The notes: a model not told the origin generated them from the sequence alone. A DNA stretch of 64,000 nt from Octopus vulgaris (GCA_951406725.2 OX597829.1:48112001-48176000), one strand, 5' to 3'. Shown: positions 50,631 to 64,000, counted from the first letter of the stretch. Numbers and translations: made by a program.

Positions 50631-50639
50631 TTACGGCAG

Positions 50640-51125
50640 TCATCATCAGCATTGTTCGACCGTGGTCGAGACAATGGAATTTACCATGCTACGCCAGACT
50701 TCACGGTCCATCATAGCATTACAGAAGTCCTGTTGCTGGATGCCTGTATCCCTAGAGATTACATCAGGGTAGGAGAGTGTGTGCCCTCTGGTATCGTGAG
50801 TAGATGGCTTTCAGAGGAGAAGAGTAGAAATTGCCTCGTTTTCAGCTCTACAACAATGTCCAGCAAACTGGACTCTCTTACCTTTCACAAGAGATGATAC
50901 AGGTGGTAGTTTCCCATATATTTGTACTTTGGATGGATGACGCTTCCACGAGAGATTTTGAGTTCTCATAAGGAGGCAAGTGTAAGTTCCATCCAACCGC
51001 CTCTCAAGTTTCTTTGATAACGTCCAGGTTTCTGAGCCATATAGTAGAATTGGTTTGACTGTGGCTTTGAAAATTTTAAGTTTGAAATCTCTACTTAGAT
51101 TTGATGACCAGATCTTATGCATATC
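50640..51125 (-). mobile_element. RTE-clade LINE 3' fragment
   Basis: MHKIWSSNLSRDFKLKIFKATVKPILLYGSETWTL...FAGHCCR, with a (GAT)n tail at ~50640. Confidence 0.9.
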
Positions 51126-51539
51126 ATTATCAGTAGTTATGAACAGCATGGCAGAAGGATATACGTCTGACCCAAGCAACCAAATTGTTAATGCTGAATA
51201 AAGTGCAGGCTGATGTTGCCATCCCTCTATGCACAGTTTGTTGGTAGAAACACAAAAAAAATAAGTTATTTATAAATGTATTTCTATAAGCAGGATACAA
51301 CCGGAGATGGCTAGTCAGGTAGATGTGGAAGGTGAGCTGAAGGGGATAATGCCTGACATTCAGCTTATCTTGAGGGTGAGAGTTTGCAGTCATTCCAGGT
51401 CCGAAACTCTGGCCACCTAAGATTCCATGGTTCCCTGTTGGACCAGCAATTAAATGTGCTCCTCCCATCATATTTAGGAAGCGGGATGGTGCAGATAAAG
51501 ATCTCAGGAATTCCATTTTATCATGTATCATTTTGGAAA

Positions 51540-51745
51540 GAGGAATAGCCTCTTGTAGGGGAAGTGGATCCATTGTGAAAATTGGCCTGGGGTCTGTATG
51601 GAGCTGCTACTCTACATTGAACCAGACACAATCCATTAGATCTGAAACCTCATTTCCCTTCCAGGAGTGGAAGAGCTATATGTAACAGTTGAGGGTAGAA
51701 ATTCATGGTGCCACCTGTGTGGGGAGGCAGGCTACTTGGGGGGTT
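51540..51745 (+). mobile_element. L1/Tx1-like ORF1 remnant with zinc knuckle
   Basis: LYVTVEGRNSWCHLCGEAGY resembles the V..EG....C..CGE.GH CCHC knuckle. Confidence 0.5.
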
Positions 51746-51914
51746 TTCCACCCCCAACAGAAGACTGGACCATGGAACTTACCTACTACCAATTTCAGGT
51801 CCCAAAAAGCCACAACCACCAAACCAACAATAGTCAACAGATGATGGAAGATCATCAATACTGACAATGGTGACCACCTTCAGTAGCAAAAAGAATAAGA
51901 CATACACAATAGCC

Positions 51915-52690
51915 CATTCTCTCTCAAAGACCATCTATTCATCCTGAGGTGAGTCCACAGATGGCTAGTGAGGCCAATCTGCGCCCGAAAGAGTCTTTGA
52001 CGGTGTGGACAGGGAATGGTAGCGCCTGCTACAGGGTTGTTAGCTCTGTTCTTCCTGGCTTGTCTGCAGTCTTCTGCAGCAGCGATCCTATTGGTCTCGC
52101 ATGTGTTGGCACCTTTGTAGACAGCTGATCGCTACCCTTCTCTGTCTAGAGCAGACTGCTCCCAAGTGTCATGGTCGATGTTGAAGGCTTTCAGTGTGTT
52201 CTTAAAGCGCTCCTTCTGGCCGCCTTGTGAGTGCTTTCCCTTTTGCAGCTCGCCAAAGAGCAATCTTTTTGGTAATCAATCATCTGACATGCGAGCTACA
52301 TGCCCTGCCCAGCAAAGCTGAGACTGCATCAAGATGGTATGGATGTTGGGCAGGTTAGCACGTATAAGTACCCTGGTGTCCAGCATCCTGTCCTGCCACT
52401 TTATGCCGAGAAGTTTTCTGAGGCGTATTGTATGAAAGTGGTTCAGCTTCCTGGCATAATGCTGGTAGACCATCCAGGACTCGCAGCGTTGTGAGAACAA
52501 CAGCCCGGTACACCTTGATCTTTGTCATGATGGTGATCCCCCCTCCTGTCCCAGACAGTCTTGCATAGCCTGCCGAAGGCAGCGCTTGCCTTGGCGGGTC
52601 CGGCGTTGATTTCATCATCGACGACAACATTTCTAGAGAGTGTGCTGCCAAGGTAAGTGAACCTGTCCACCGCGTTCAGTCACTGCCACA
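51915..52690 (-). mobile_element. RTE-BovB-like LINE 3' fragment
   Basis: DRFTYLGSTLS...KASAAFGRL, TKIKVYRAVVLTTL, QLCWAGHVARM, LPKRLLFGEL and CPH...FRAQIGLTSHLWTH, with frameshifts. Confidence 0.93.
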
Positions 52691-52896
52691 GCAGGAGATA
52701 TATTAGGACATGAAATGTAAAAGCCGGACTAGATTATTTTATGTGCAACTCCATTGTCTCCCGAGACAAAAGGGATACCAACCATCTGACCATAACTTTA
52801 TTATGAAAATAATTCCAGTTCACATAAATAAGATATCAATGAAAACCGAAAATTTATTTAGTAAAATATATCCTTTTGAAATGAAACTATACAGCT

Positions 52897-53235
52897 TTAC
52901 TGAACATGATACTTCTTGAAACATTTGGAATTAACTCCTACATCACATTTTTCACATATGAATTGACTTTTCCCAGAGCACTCTTTGCGTCTCCTTACAT
53001 TTGGAATATATTCAGTCCAATGCTCAACACCATTATATCTTGCATTGTCTTTCAAATGAGCAGCTGTGTGTTTTCTTTGAAACTTTGGGGTGCCATACTT
53101 TTTCAATAGAAATTTTTTTTAATGAAATTGTATAATGTAATTTTGGGTTGCCACAGACACAAAATATGAAAAAAGAGGCCACCACCATTTATTTTGCTGC
53201 ATTCGAATCCTATAGGAACCGATGTTATGATTCAG
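52897..53235 (-). mobile_element. piggyBac transposase C-terminal remnant (PGBD2/3-like)
   Basis: NIGSYRIRM..NKWWWPLFSY, followed by RYNGVEHW...RRRKECSGKSQFICEKCDVGVNSKCFKKYH (cysteine-rich domain). Confidence 0.88.
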
Positions 53236-53649
53236 TGTAGAGGTCAAAAGCATGCTGAGAACAAATAAACATACACAAACACATATACACTCACTCAAAT
53301 ATATAAATATATTTTACAAGTACCGATAGCTTCCTTAAGATCATGCATTTTTATTCAGGTTTATCATTTCATTATTTCATTCTCCCACTTACAAGTGCAG
53401 AAGACGATGCTCTTGTCTAAACTTGCTGTTTCGCAGGACACCCGCCCTCCCACTCCCTCCACCAAAACCAGAAGTTACTACCTTTGTTTTACTTGTGTAC
53501 CCCACTCCCACGAACACTCCCACCCACACCCCTATGTAGGGTTTATTTGATCATATAGCACAAAAACTGTGTAGTGTATGCAGGTTGTAGTCTAGTGTTT
53601 CCGTATGAAATCTGCCAAATGCAAGCTTTCTTTTCAGGTACATGACACT

Positions 53650-54030
53650 GCTGTCCCTCATCCCAGGGTCTCACAGGCCCACACCTCCCACACCCACAGA
53701 GTTGGCACATTGAAAGGTAGGTCTGGTGAGATTGTTGAGCTGCTTGAATGGAGACGTGTGGAGAGGAAGTTCCGCCAGGTTCCTCACAGGTACAAGATTT
53801 TCTGGGCAGGGAACACTGACGGGGTCAGGGATGTGGGTATACTTCTTGTGGAGAAATGGGTTGATAAAGTAATCGAGGTAGTCAGAGTATGTGACAGAGT
53901 ACTTAAGATTAGATTAGTGCTTCCCCATAGGTCAGCTACCATTATCTCGGCCTATGCCCCTCAACCGGGGCTACCGGAAGGACAGAAAGACCGATTCTAT
54001 GACACCCTATTGCAGACTACCTCGTTGAAG
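53650..54030 (+). mobile_element. RTE AP-endonuclease fragment
   Basis: VGTLKGRSGEIVE, YKIFWAG, VGILL, VRVCDRVL and IISAYAPQPG...KDRFYDTL in ORF 53605-54045. Confidence 0.9.
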
Positions 54031-54482
54031 TGCGTCAGGATGTAGAAAAATCTACTTCAACAACTTCTGTCTGACCCATGCAAACCTATTAAAGCAGACA
54101 TTATAATGATGAGTGATGTTTTTTCTCTAAAATTGAAACTGCAACCATCATCCACTGTATGTATATTTATTAAGGTGAGTGAGATGCACACCTGGTTTAT
54201 TATAGCACTTTTCTGGTTATTGCTTTCGCGTGAGTATATATAAGTAACCAGCGTTATACATTAATGAATCTACTATTGATGAAAGAAAAAATTTCCACTA
54301 AACATTTGAATTTAGATGTTTACCAATTATTGAAATCTCATCAGTAAAAACGAAGCATTTCCATAACTTTCCCAAGCATTAAGTAAATCACTTTCCATTA
54401 TTGTTAATGTCTCTTCTATCTCCTTCCTCGGTCACATTGCCCAGAGTGTATGAATACATTAAAGAATAGCAAAGACTAACTA

Positions 54483-54991
54483 CTGTAAATCTTCAAGTAT
54501 AGTCCACCTTTAAGTATGATACGTAGGGGATTTTTAGGGGGCTGTACTTCTGAAAAACCTAAACCTTGTGTATAATACGCACCCCTTCTCTAACTTCAGT
54601 CATGTGTAATTAAGCTAGCAGCACCTAGTTGAATAAACACTTCCATGCATGCGTAATACAATTATGGTGATGTTCTTAACTGTTATATGGGAATGTAAAT
54701 ATGTTTGCAAATTGTTTTTTTTTTACATGCTATTCTGTGTTCTGAATACTTTTATTTTAATAAATGTTGCTTATGCAAGTTATGGACGATTCTTTTATGA
54801 CTTCATTGCTTTCTGGCTTAGCTTAAGGTATTTTTGCCACCAACATCACAAAATGTGTCTGAATAAACATTGCCGGACAGCAAATAGAGACTCGGACATT
54901 GCTTAGAAAATATTTTTCATTTTTAACCTCATATATAGTACGCAATAGGGATTTGGGGAAAAAAGTACGGATTATACTCAAGGATTTACGG
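54483..54991. mobile_element. Tc2/pogo-like MITE with TA target duplication
   Basis: TA|ctgtaaatcttcaagtatagtcc ... ggattatactcaaggatttacgg|TA inverted termini. Confidence 0.8.
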
Positions 54992-55108
54992 TAATCTTAT
55001 GGGATACAAGGCAACATCATTAGCATTGGTGCTACTGTAAATTCTTTGCAGTTGCAACCTCTCAAATTCTGGTGCCATGATAAAATGAATCCAGTGCATT
55101 CTGTAAAG

Positions 55109-56095
55109 CAGTGATTTTCAAAACGGGGCCCAAAACTTTTGAGGTGTATTATAAGGTCACCTTCCATATGGAGCTTGCACTCAGTGGTCACATCGTTCAG
55201 ATGTCACCTTATTTACTTTTGGCAGCCGTTACGGCTTGCCAGAGCAAATACCTCAGGCTGTTGATCTGCATGTGTTGATTTACACATGCACATCTGGGTT
55301 TAAAGGCAAGTGATTGAATGTTGACTGTTGAATAATTTTGCAAGCTTATTAAAACTGGAAATGTTTTGATATCATTAATCATGACATTCTAATCAGTCTT
55401 ACATTGTCTGCTCCTTGTATTGACCATTTGAATTTGAAAGAAGCAATTTTACTGCACCATATGGAAGTTTCTTGGAATATATGTGGTATAATATGAAATA
55501 TATGGCAAAATCAATCAATAATGATATTTTATTGACTTTCAATTACTTATTTCCATTGAATAGTTTTTTGCCTGGATTTAGTTCCTGTGTAGTAACAGGT
55601 ACTATATTTAACAGTTATAAGAATTCAATTTTTGGTTTCTGTAGCTATGTTTCCTGTTCTCAATGTAACAGTGATATCTTTTCCCACAAAGTTCTGATTT
55701 TCATTTCAATTTTTGTAGTTATCAACTTCCTACCATGACTTCAAGAAGCTCAAATAAAAGGCCATTTAAATACAAGTGTTTACTACTTGGTTTTTTGCCC
55801 TCAAGTGATGATTCAGATAAGCCTGTGGGTTGATAATGACAAATGATTCCATGAAGAGGTCCAAGCACCATAAACATCGGCAAGTGCAGCATCCTGGTTC
55901 CGTAGCCAAAAAGTGCAGTTATTTTGAGAAGAAAGCCAAGCAACCAAGCCCAACCACTTCACTTGTTTATGAAAAGAGCAAATGAGGAAACCAAAAATAT
56001 ATTTAAAGTGAGCTGCTTGATGAGCCAATTGATTGTGAAAGCAGGTAAACTGACACACAACTGGCAAAAGTTTGATGAAACCATCTATGCAAGTG
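55109..56095 (+). mobile_element. hAT Charlie/Buster (ZBED5-like) transposon 5' remnant
   Basis: TIR-like cagtgattttcaaa at 55109. From 55735 degenerate KYKCLLLGF..DKP, NDSMKRSKHHKH..QHP...YFEKK and SCLMSQLIVKAGK, matching the SNEAMKPSKL.RHL..KH and IAKAGKPHTIGE motifs. Confidence 0.75.
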
Positions 56096-56139
56096 AACTT
56101 CTTGGCCAAAACGCTGCAGCGCAGACAAGATAAGATGGT

Positions 56140-56300
56140 GAAAAATCTTAGATCTGGCTAGCATAGACACCTGATTAGTAGGTTGTCAGGTGGCTGGCTG
56201 GTTACCTGAAGTTGGTGTTGCAGATCAATAGGTTATTTGCATCACAGAATTCCAGTAGCCTTGTTTCCTCTTCATTTTGGGGGCCAATTTCATGGCCTCT
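56140..56300 (-). mobile_element. RTE endonuclease fragment
   Basis: GPQNEEETRLLEFCDANNLLICNTNF..HLTTY.SG...QI. Confidence 0.75.
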
Positions 56301-56888
56301 TTGCAAAGATTTAAGAATTACAAGTTATGATATATATTGTGTCTGCATGGATGATGGTGCACCAACACCAATCACTCCCTGAGTGTAGTGGGTGCTTTTT
56401 ACCTGCCAGTCAGGTGGCACTGGCAGCAACCACATTCCCCCCTCCCCGCGACTGGCTCCCATGCCGGTGAGATGGGAGTTTTCACAATATCAGAAATGAA
56501 TTACATCTGATATATTTGCAGTTATTCTATCCAGCTGTAGAAACTCTGCCAGATCAAGATTGGAGCCTGGTGCAGCCGTCTGGTTCGTCAGCCCTCAGTC
56601 AAATCGTCCAACCCATGCTAGCATGGAAAGTGGACGTTAAACGATGATGATGATGATGATGATATATATATATATAAGGCGAGCTGGCAGAAATGTTAGC
56701 ACGCTGGGTGAAATGCGTAGTCGTATTTTGTCTGCCGTTACGTTCTGGGTTCAAATTCCACCAAGGTCGACTTTACTTTTCATCCTTTCGGGATCGATAA
56801 ATTAAGTACTAGTTACGCACTGGGATCAATGTAATTGATTTAATCCTTGTTTGTCCCCTCTGTTTAGCCCCGTGTGGGTAGTAAAGAA

Positions 56889-56921
<33 letters not shown>

Positions 56922-58539
56922 TATATGTAATATATATTTGGGAGAACACAATGGGAGTATAGTGAAGATAACATAGTGTAGTACTTTAACTCCAGTTTCT
57001 TCATTAAGGGCTAATACCTCTGACATTGAAAGTTAGGCATAAGATCAACCCTTTTAATTTATTTTCAAATCTTTAAATATACTTCCACTTTCACAACTGC
57101 CTAATTATGATATATATAGCCTCGAAGATAAACTTAAAATATCAGTATTCTTTTCCAGAAACGAAATAAGGTTAAAAAAAACAGATGTAAGGATTTAGCC
57201 CATAATAAAATGTTGTTAGAAAACTTTACTTTCTAAATTTCGTTTATTTGGTTTACAAGATTCTTTATATGAGTTCGTTGTGTCTGGGGGAGAGTGATTT
57301 TCTTTATGGGCCTTATAATTTAACACACTCACCGGAAAAATTTCCACTTATTTCTTATTTTTATTTTCCAAAAATTTTCGTTGCGTCTTGCAACCTTTTC
57401 AAAATATAAGCTTTAAAACAGTTTTTTTTAAAAATATAGGTTATCGTAACCTAATTAGGATTACCTCCCTTGCAATGTATACTGATATATTAATCGTGTT
57501 GTCACTTAAGTATTTTAAGTTAATAACCGAATCTTAAAAAATAGAAATAAAAAAAATAATATAGCAGGAAAATTTTAGTAAAAAAACTGACTTAATATGG
57601 ACTTTTCTTTTGATTGTTTATTTAGTTTAAGATCCTATTAAATTTCTTCCAACTATTTAGAGTATTTCAAATTTTCGCCATTTTTTTTTTTTTTTTCAAA
57701 TTTTCTACACTGACTTTAACTTAAGATAAAGACGTCACGTTTTTATTATCAATTTCCTGAAAAAAAAAAAAAAAGACTGAATGTAGTTTTCGTCACCAGC
57801 ATACAAAACTACGTCTTTGAAAACATTCTGGGAAAAATTTGAAATTCTTCAAGTATTTGGAAGAATTTAACAATATACCCATTTTACTCTTTTATTCTTC
57901 TACTTGTTTCAGTCATTTGACTGCGGCCATGCTGGAGCACTGTCTTTAGTCGAGCAAATCGACCCCAGAACTTATTCTTTTTAAGCCTAGTACTTATTCT
58001 ATCATTCTCTTTTGCCAAATTGCTAAGTTACGGGGAAGTAAACACACCACCATCAGTTGTCAAGTGATGTTGAGGGGACAAACACAGACACAGAAACACA
58101 CATACATATATATATACATACATACTGAAAGAAGCCCGTCGAGTATATATATACATATATATACGATGGGCTTCTTTCAGTTTCCGTCTACCAAATCCAC
58201 TCACAAGGCTATGGTCGGCCCGAGGCTATAGTAGAAGACAATTGCCCAAGGTGCCACGCAGTGGGACTGAACCCGGAACCATGTTTTATATACGATATCA
58301 AGATAATATGCAATTTTTTTTAAATATATGTATAATATCATCATCATTTTAATGTCCACTTTTCTATAGTGGCACAGGTTGGACAGAGATTACTGAGGTG
58401 GCTTATCTATGGCTGGATGCCCTTCCTGATGCCAACCACTCCAAGAGTGTAGTGGGTGCCTTTTACATGCTGCCAGTCAGGCGGCACTGGCAGTGACCAC
58501 ATTCCCCTTCCCACCCCAACAGACTCCCATGCCAGTGAG

Positions 58540-59225
58540 ACGGGAGTTTTCACAATATCAGAAATAAATGACATTCAATTACAACTGAGATATTTGCAGT
58601 TACTCTATTCAGCTAACAATTTCAGGTTTATACCTGTAATTATCGGGCCCCTAGGATATGTAATACGTTGCCTAAATACCAATTTTGTGAAATTAGGCTT
58701 CTCAAAACCAGAAAAGAGAAAGCTAATTCAAAGACTACTGGTCCAATCCATTACTGGAACTGTAAAAGTCTGTAAAACTTTCCAGAAGTTGATCATTTAA
58801 ATATATATGAGCATATCTAGACATGCAACTATATGCATGAGAATACATACATAAAACAAAATATACAAATCTGCATGTATACACACATACATTCATACAT
58901 ACATACATACATACATACATACATACATACGCACATACATACACACATACAAACAAAAATACCCTGTTGTTGATGTTGAAATTCCAATGGATCTAGGTTA
59001 GAAACCAGCTCTTTCTCTATTGGTAAGAAATCTTGAAATAAATTGAATAATGACACACACACAAACGCACGCACACACACACACACACACACATACACAC
59101 ACATAAATGGAAACAAAAATACCCTATTGTTCATGTTGAAATTCTAATGAAGGAGCCTTGGATCTAGGTTAGAAACCAGTGTTTTCTCTATTGGCAAGAA
59201 ATCATGAAATAAAACTGAATAATAA
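58540..59225 (+). mobile_element. 3' end of a restriction-like-endonuclease LINE (R4/NeSL-like) with duplicated 3' tail
   Basis: LQLLY...FRFIPVIIGPLGYV...LGF...LIQRL resembles the P(I/V)(I/V)GALG motif. The tail is repeated at ~58955-59050 and ~59112-59225. A partial copy is at 56460-56530. Confidence 0.6.
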
Positions 59226-60795
59226 CATACGTACATAAATGTTGAATGATGAAAATGAGTGCTCAACATTTAAACATTAAAACAACGGATGCCAAATCAG
59301 TCAGCATCGATTCATCGATGTCAAACAGGCAGTACCGAAACAGCTGTAACAAAAACATCTCATGCCCTTCATCATCATCATCATCATCATCGTTTAACGT
59401 CCGTTTTCCATGCTAGCATGGGTTGGACGGTTTTGACTGAGGGCTGGCAACCAGATGGCTGCACCTTTTTTTCATATCCAGAAAAAAACACATTTGAGCT
59501 TACTGCTGTTAAGTTACTCACACACACTCTTTCATCTGGCCCACAGATGTGCTCCCGCATCTCTTTTTCTCTTCTTTTTCTGCAATGATGTCTTCTTCTC
59601 CCTGGAGATGGCTGAACTCCTGCCACTGACACTCAGACACTGAACCTCTCATTTTGCCTACTCTCATTCCACTTGCTGCAATCACCCACTTACCAATTCC
59701 TGAACTCATTTCTATACTTACTCCTTCCCCTCTAGAATGTTGGGTCTCTGGAATTTCCTCACAGCTTGATTTTTTCTACAGTGCTATTTTGTAAAAGTTG
59801 AAGAGAAACTTGAATGCCATCATGCTTCCCAATATAGGGAGTGGTGCATGAAAAACACAAGAGGAAGGTAGTACCCCTTCCTCCTAAACATAATTTATTT
59901 TGGAGAAATAGCAATATTTTGAATTGTCATTCCAGAAAATATAACTGGGAGACTTATTCAGGCATGTTAAACTCACTGGTGCTGGTGCCAAGAAAAAAGC
60001 ACCCAGTACACTCTGTTTAGTGGTTGGCATTGGAAAGGGCATCCACCTGTAGAAATAATGCCAAAGCAGACTGGAGTCTGGTGCAGTCCTTTGGTTTGTC
60101 TGTTCTTGTTGAAATGTTCAACCCTTTTCAGTATAGAAAAAGGGATGTTAAATGATTATGACGAGACATTGTTGTGTGGTAAAAGAGTAAATAATCTCTT
60201 CAGTCATGGGATTGCACACAGAAAGTCCCCACTTTGGTACAACTCAGGGCAGACTTGTGTTTTGGGTAAGACCAGCAGTTACCCATGCATACCAGCCTCT
60301 TCTCTCCGCGCCACTGATGTTATCCAGTGATGTTGCAACTCATTCAACATACCCTGGCTCAGGTGGCTACCACTTCTATTTACATGCTAATTAACCCATA
60401 ACTGGAATCCTAACAGGTGCTATTACTCTGGGTCAGAGTAGTCCTTGGAACAAGTGGTTCAGATGTGGTCTCACGTTTCTCAAAATCTTGGAACTCCTGA
60501 AATGATCTCACAACAAGATGCAGTTTAAGATTATGTACAAGTTTAAAGTCATGTACAAACAAATATTCTTTGGTAGACAATCAGATGTTCCATATTTGAC
60601 AGTTAGGTCCATGCTTTCTTATTTATTTACTGCCCACAAGGGGCTACACACAGAAGGGACAAACAAGGACAGGCAAACGGATTAAGTCAATTATATCGAC
60701 TCCAGTGCATAACTGGTACTTATTTAATTGACCCCAAAAGAATGAAAGGCAAAGTTGACCTTGGTGGAATTTGAAGTCAGAATGTAGCAGCAGAC

Positions 60796-62741
60796 GAAGG
60801 GCAAATGTTACATTGTTGTGTGCTATAGGGGCTACAGTAATTGCATAAGGAGTGGCTGTGTGGTAAGTAGCTTGCTAACCAACCACATGGTTCCGGGTTC
60901 AGTCCCACTGCGTGGCATCATGGGCAAGTGTCTTCTGCTATAGCCCCGGGCCGACCAATGCCTTGTGAGTGGATTTGGTAGACGGAAACTGAAAGAAGCC
61001 TGTCATATATATGTATATATATATGTATGTGTTTGTCCCCCTAGCATTGCTTGACAACCGATGCTTGTGTGTTTACATCCCCGTCACTTAGCGGTTCGGC
61101 AAAAGAGACTGATAGAATAAGTACTGGGCTTACAAAGAATAAGTCCCGGGGTCGAATTGCTTGCCTAAAGGCGGTGCTCCAGCATGGCCGCAGTCAAATG
61201 ACTGAAACAAGTAAAAGAGTAAAGGTTCAGAACATTAAGTGTAATGATGCAAAACACTTCTCTCCATCTTCTCTTCCTCGTTATCATCATCATCATCATC
61301 ATCCCGTGCTAGAATTGGCCGGAGACATTGTCCCCATCTGAAAACACAGGTCCTTATTCAGAAACACTGCTCCCCTAGGAGGAATTGGAGATCCACATCT
61401 TGCTAGTATATTTTGCCTCGTTTTTATTTGGCTTCTGTAGCACCAACACTAAAGAAGTTGCGATGACCCCCACCCAACAAAACAAGATAAAAAACTCCTT
61501 TCAACTCCATTTTATCTCCACTTAATTCTTCAACTATACAAAGTGCACAGGGGTGCATTTTATTATGGTACCACTCAAGAGTTGTTGCCTTGTTCCTGGC
61601 AAAAACAAAACAAAGTCCTTTTTACCCTATATTGTTTCTTCATTCATTCTCCAATAACTTTACTGGGTTTGCTTAATGCATTTTATTACGGTGCCAATAT
61701 TAGAGATATTGTTAAGTCTTTGACAAGACTAAAGAGTTCTTTCATCCCTATATTTTTCTGTTATTTCTCCACACACTTTCTTTCAAAGTGTGCTGGATGC
61801 TTTTTATCTTGGCACTCAAGTCCTGGTTATGACTTTAAACTGTATTTTTTAATGGGTCTCTGATTCAGGAATTCCAGGGTTTTGAGGAGTATGGAACCAC
61901 ATGTTTATCATTATTACTCCCAGGTCAATTCTGACCAAGAGTAGTAGTATCTGTCAGGCTCCCAGCTATGGGTTAATTTACATTTTAGGGCTTGCCTACC
62001 TATGTAAGTGAAGACTGGATCTGGTGGGTGCTGCAGAAGAAACCTTCATAGGTTCAACAGAGGGAAAGATGATTGTAGTAATGTATTGTGAAGTAGTATC
62101 TGTCAGGCTCCCAGCTATGGGTTAATTCACATTTTAGGGCTTGCCTACCTATGCATATTCTATGGAAGAAATCTTCATGGTTCAACAGAATGAAAGATCA
62201 TAATCATCTTCATAATTTAATGTCCTTTTCCATGCTAGCATGGGTTGGATGATTTATTGGAGAATGAATGAAGAAACAATATAGGGTAAAAAGGACTTTG
62301 TTTTGTTTTTGCCAGGAACAAGGCAACAACTCTTGAGTGGTACCATAATAAAATGCACCCCTGTGCACTTTGTATAGTTGAAGAATTAAGTGGAGATAAA
62401 ATGGAGTTGAAAGGAGTTTTTTATCTTGTTTTGTTGGGTGGGGGTCATCGCAACTTCTTTAGTGTTGGTGCTACAGAAGCCAAATAAAAACGAGGCAAAA
62501 TATACTAGCAAGATGTGGATCTCCAATTCCTCCTAAGGGAGCAGTGTTTCTTAATAAGGACCTGTGTTTTCAGATGGGGATGATGTTTCCAGCCAATTCT
62601 AGCATGAGAGAATGATGATAATGAGGAAGAGAAGGTGGAGAGAAGTGTTTTGCATCATTACACTTAATGTTCTGAATCTTTGGTAAGCTTATGCAATTAC
62701 TGTAGCCCCTACAGCACACAGCAATGTGACATTTTCCCTTC
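60796..62741. repeat. Large inverted duplication (arms 60796-61657 and 62254-62741)
   Basis: 61376-61657 is the exact reverse complement of 62254-62535 by manual comparison. The outer parts are diverged, and the left arm is interrupted by an OR-like SINE (60849-61222). Confidence 0.95.
61943..62198 (+). repeat. ~150-bp tandem duplication in the inverted-repeat spacer
   Basis: agtagtatctgtcaggctcccagctatgggttaatt..cattttagggcttgcctacctatg occurs at ~61943 and ~62092. Confidence 0.85.
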
Positions 62742-63866
62742 AGTTTGTCCCAAGCTGGCAGAATCGTTGGCGAACCAGACCCCAATCTGATCTGGCAGAG
62801 TTTCTATAGCTGGATGCCCTTCCTAACGCCAACCACTCCAAGAGTGTAGTGGGTGCTTTTACATGCCACCGGCACGAGGGCCAGTCAGGTGGTACTGGCA
62901 ATGGCCATGCTCAAATGGTGCTTTTTATATGCCACCTGCACAGGAGCCAGTCCAGCAGCACTGGCAACGACCTCACTTGAATGTCTTTTCACGTGCCACC
63001 AGCACAAGTGCTAGAAAGGTGATGCAGGTAACAATCACACTTGTATGGTGTTTTTAACATGACATTGGCTTGGAGGCCAGCTTGTTGCTCTGGCCCCGAT
63101 CTCGCTCATATGGTTCTCTTGGCACTCCACTAAAGATGATTACAGCAATGCATTGTGAAGTTGTAGCAAGCAAGATGAGGCAAGTAAGAGATTTTGGTCA
63201 TCCACTGCATCCGTCTCCACCCCCAGCTGTCTTGATCTGGTCTTGCCATTGAATTGAAGATAGTCACAGATGAGAGAATGAGATTGATGGTGTGCAATTC
63301 CTCCTCACTTTAACCCTCTTGAGACACCCAGTCTGATTGATTAGCCCAAATGACACAAACTTTGAGGCTGATCCGTCAGCCCGATGAAACAAATGTTGTG
63401 AATTGGTTGGTTTTGAAGTGTAATATCTAATCAGAGATTGTTTTTCAGCTGATGAATCTCAATAGGAAAAAAAAAATTGGTGTTTTTGGCTACACAATAA
63501 AAAAACACTGTGCGTCTCCAAAAAAGTGTTAAACAAAGTCACCACACAAGTCAACAGTCATCCTTAAGGATGAATCGGTTGGTCTTTGTCACTCTGAAAG
63601 ACAAACACTATCTTGGCACTGTCATGATTATGCAAATGAGTTGTGCCTGGCCCATTGAATAAACAACTTTCTGTTACTTCATTTCAGTGTCTTGTGAAGG
63701 ACCTATGTGTGAGTGCTGAAGAGCAGTAAACATAGTGAAACTAGGTATTGATGCAGGATTAAGTCCATTGCTGAAATCAGCAACAGTAGGATTTGAACTC
63801 AGAATGCCAAGTAAATACTGCAAAGCATCCTGTCCAAAGTTCTTGACTTTATCAATGCACCCATCA

Positions 63867-64000
63867 TGTAGTAGTAGTAGTAGTAGTAACAATAATAGTA
63901 GTAGTAGTGGTGGTGGTGGTGGTGGTGTAGTAGTAGTAGTAGTGGTGGTAGTAGTAATAGTAGTAGCAGTAGCAGCAGCAGTAGTAGTAGTAGTAGTAGT
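63867..64000. repeat. (GTA/GTG/GCA)n trinucleotide microsatellite
   Basis: Directly visible. Confidence 0.95.

Noticed and set aside
59135-59190. CTAATGA...GAAA hammerhead-like motif
   Set aside because: Core G5 is missing and there is no convincing stem I or III.
63311-63533. Possible TTAA-flanked piggyBac-like MITE
   Set aside because: The termini match only weakly (ccctcttgagac versus gtctccaaaaaagtg) and there is no second copy.

Overview
AT-rich, repeat-dense eukaryotic DNA. The SINE families and microsatellite load point to an octopus or other coleoid cephalopod (inference). Two host genes lie divergently: the first coding exon of AMDHD2 (GlcNAc-6-phosphate deacetylase, minus strand, 7556-7337) and a complete three-exon C19orf53/UPF0390 (Leydig cell tumor 10 kDa) homolog on the plus strand (44431-48860, 100 aa), which the ORF track does not show as a spliced gene. 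The rest is mostly mobile DNA: several tRNA-derived SINE families, RTE, L1/Tx1, restriction-endonuclease-type LINE and Penelope-like fragments, mariner, piggyBac and hAT remnants, and a family of GGATC-ended, 8-bp-TSD elements seen as mini, monomer, tandem-dimer and fold-back forms. The most notable items are five hammerhead-ribozyme motifs at 37-42 kb (one family carries a tRNA-like Pol III head joined to a Penelope-type hammerhead terminus), multimeric SINEs with a fixed junction and an L1/Tx1-like tail, a ~2 kb inverted duplication with a 282-bp perfect core, and a CpG-decay pattern that appears to map methylated gene bodies. Everything was read by eye. Boundaries of degenerate repeats are approximate and no database searches were run.
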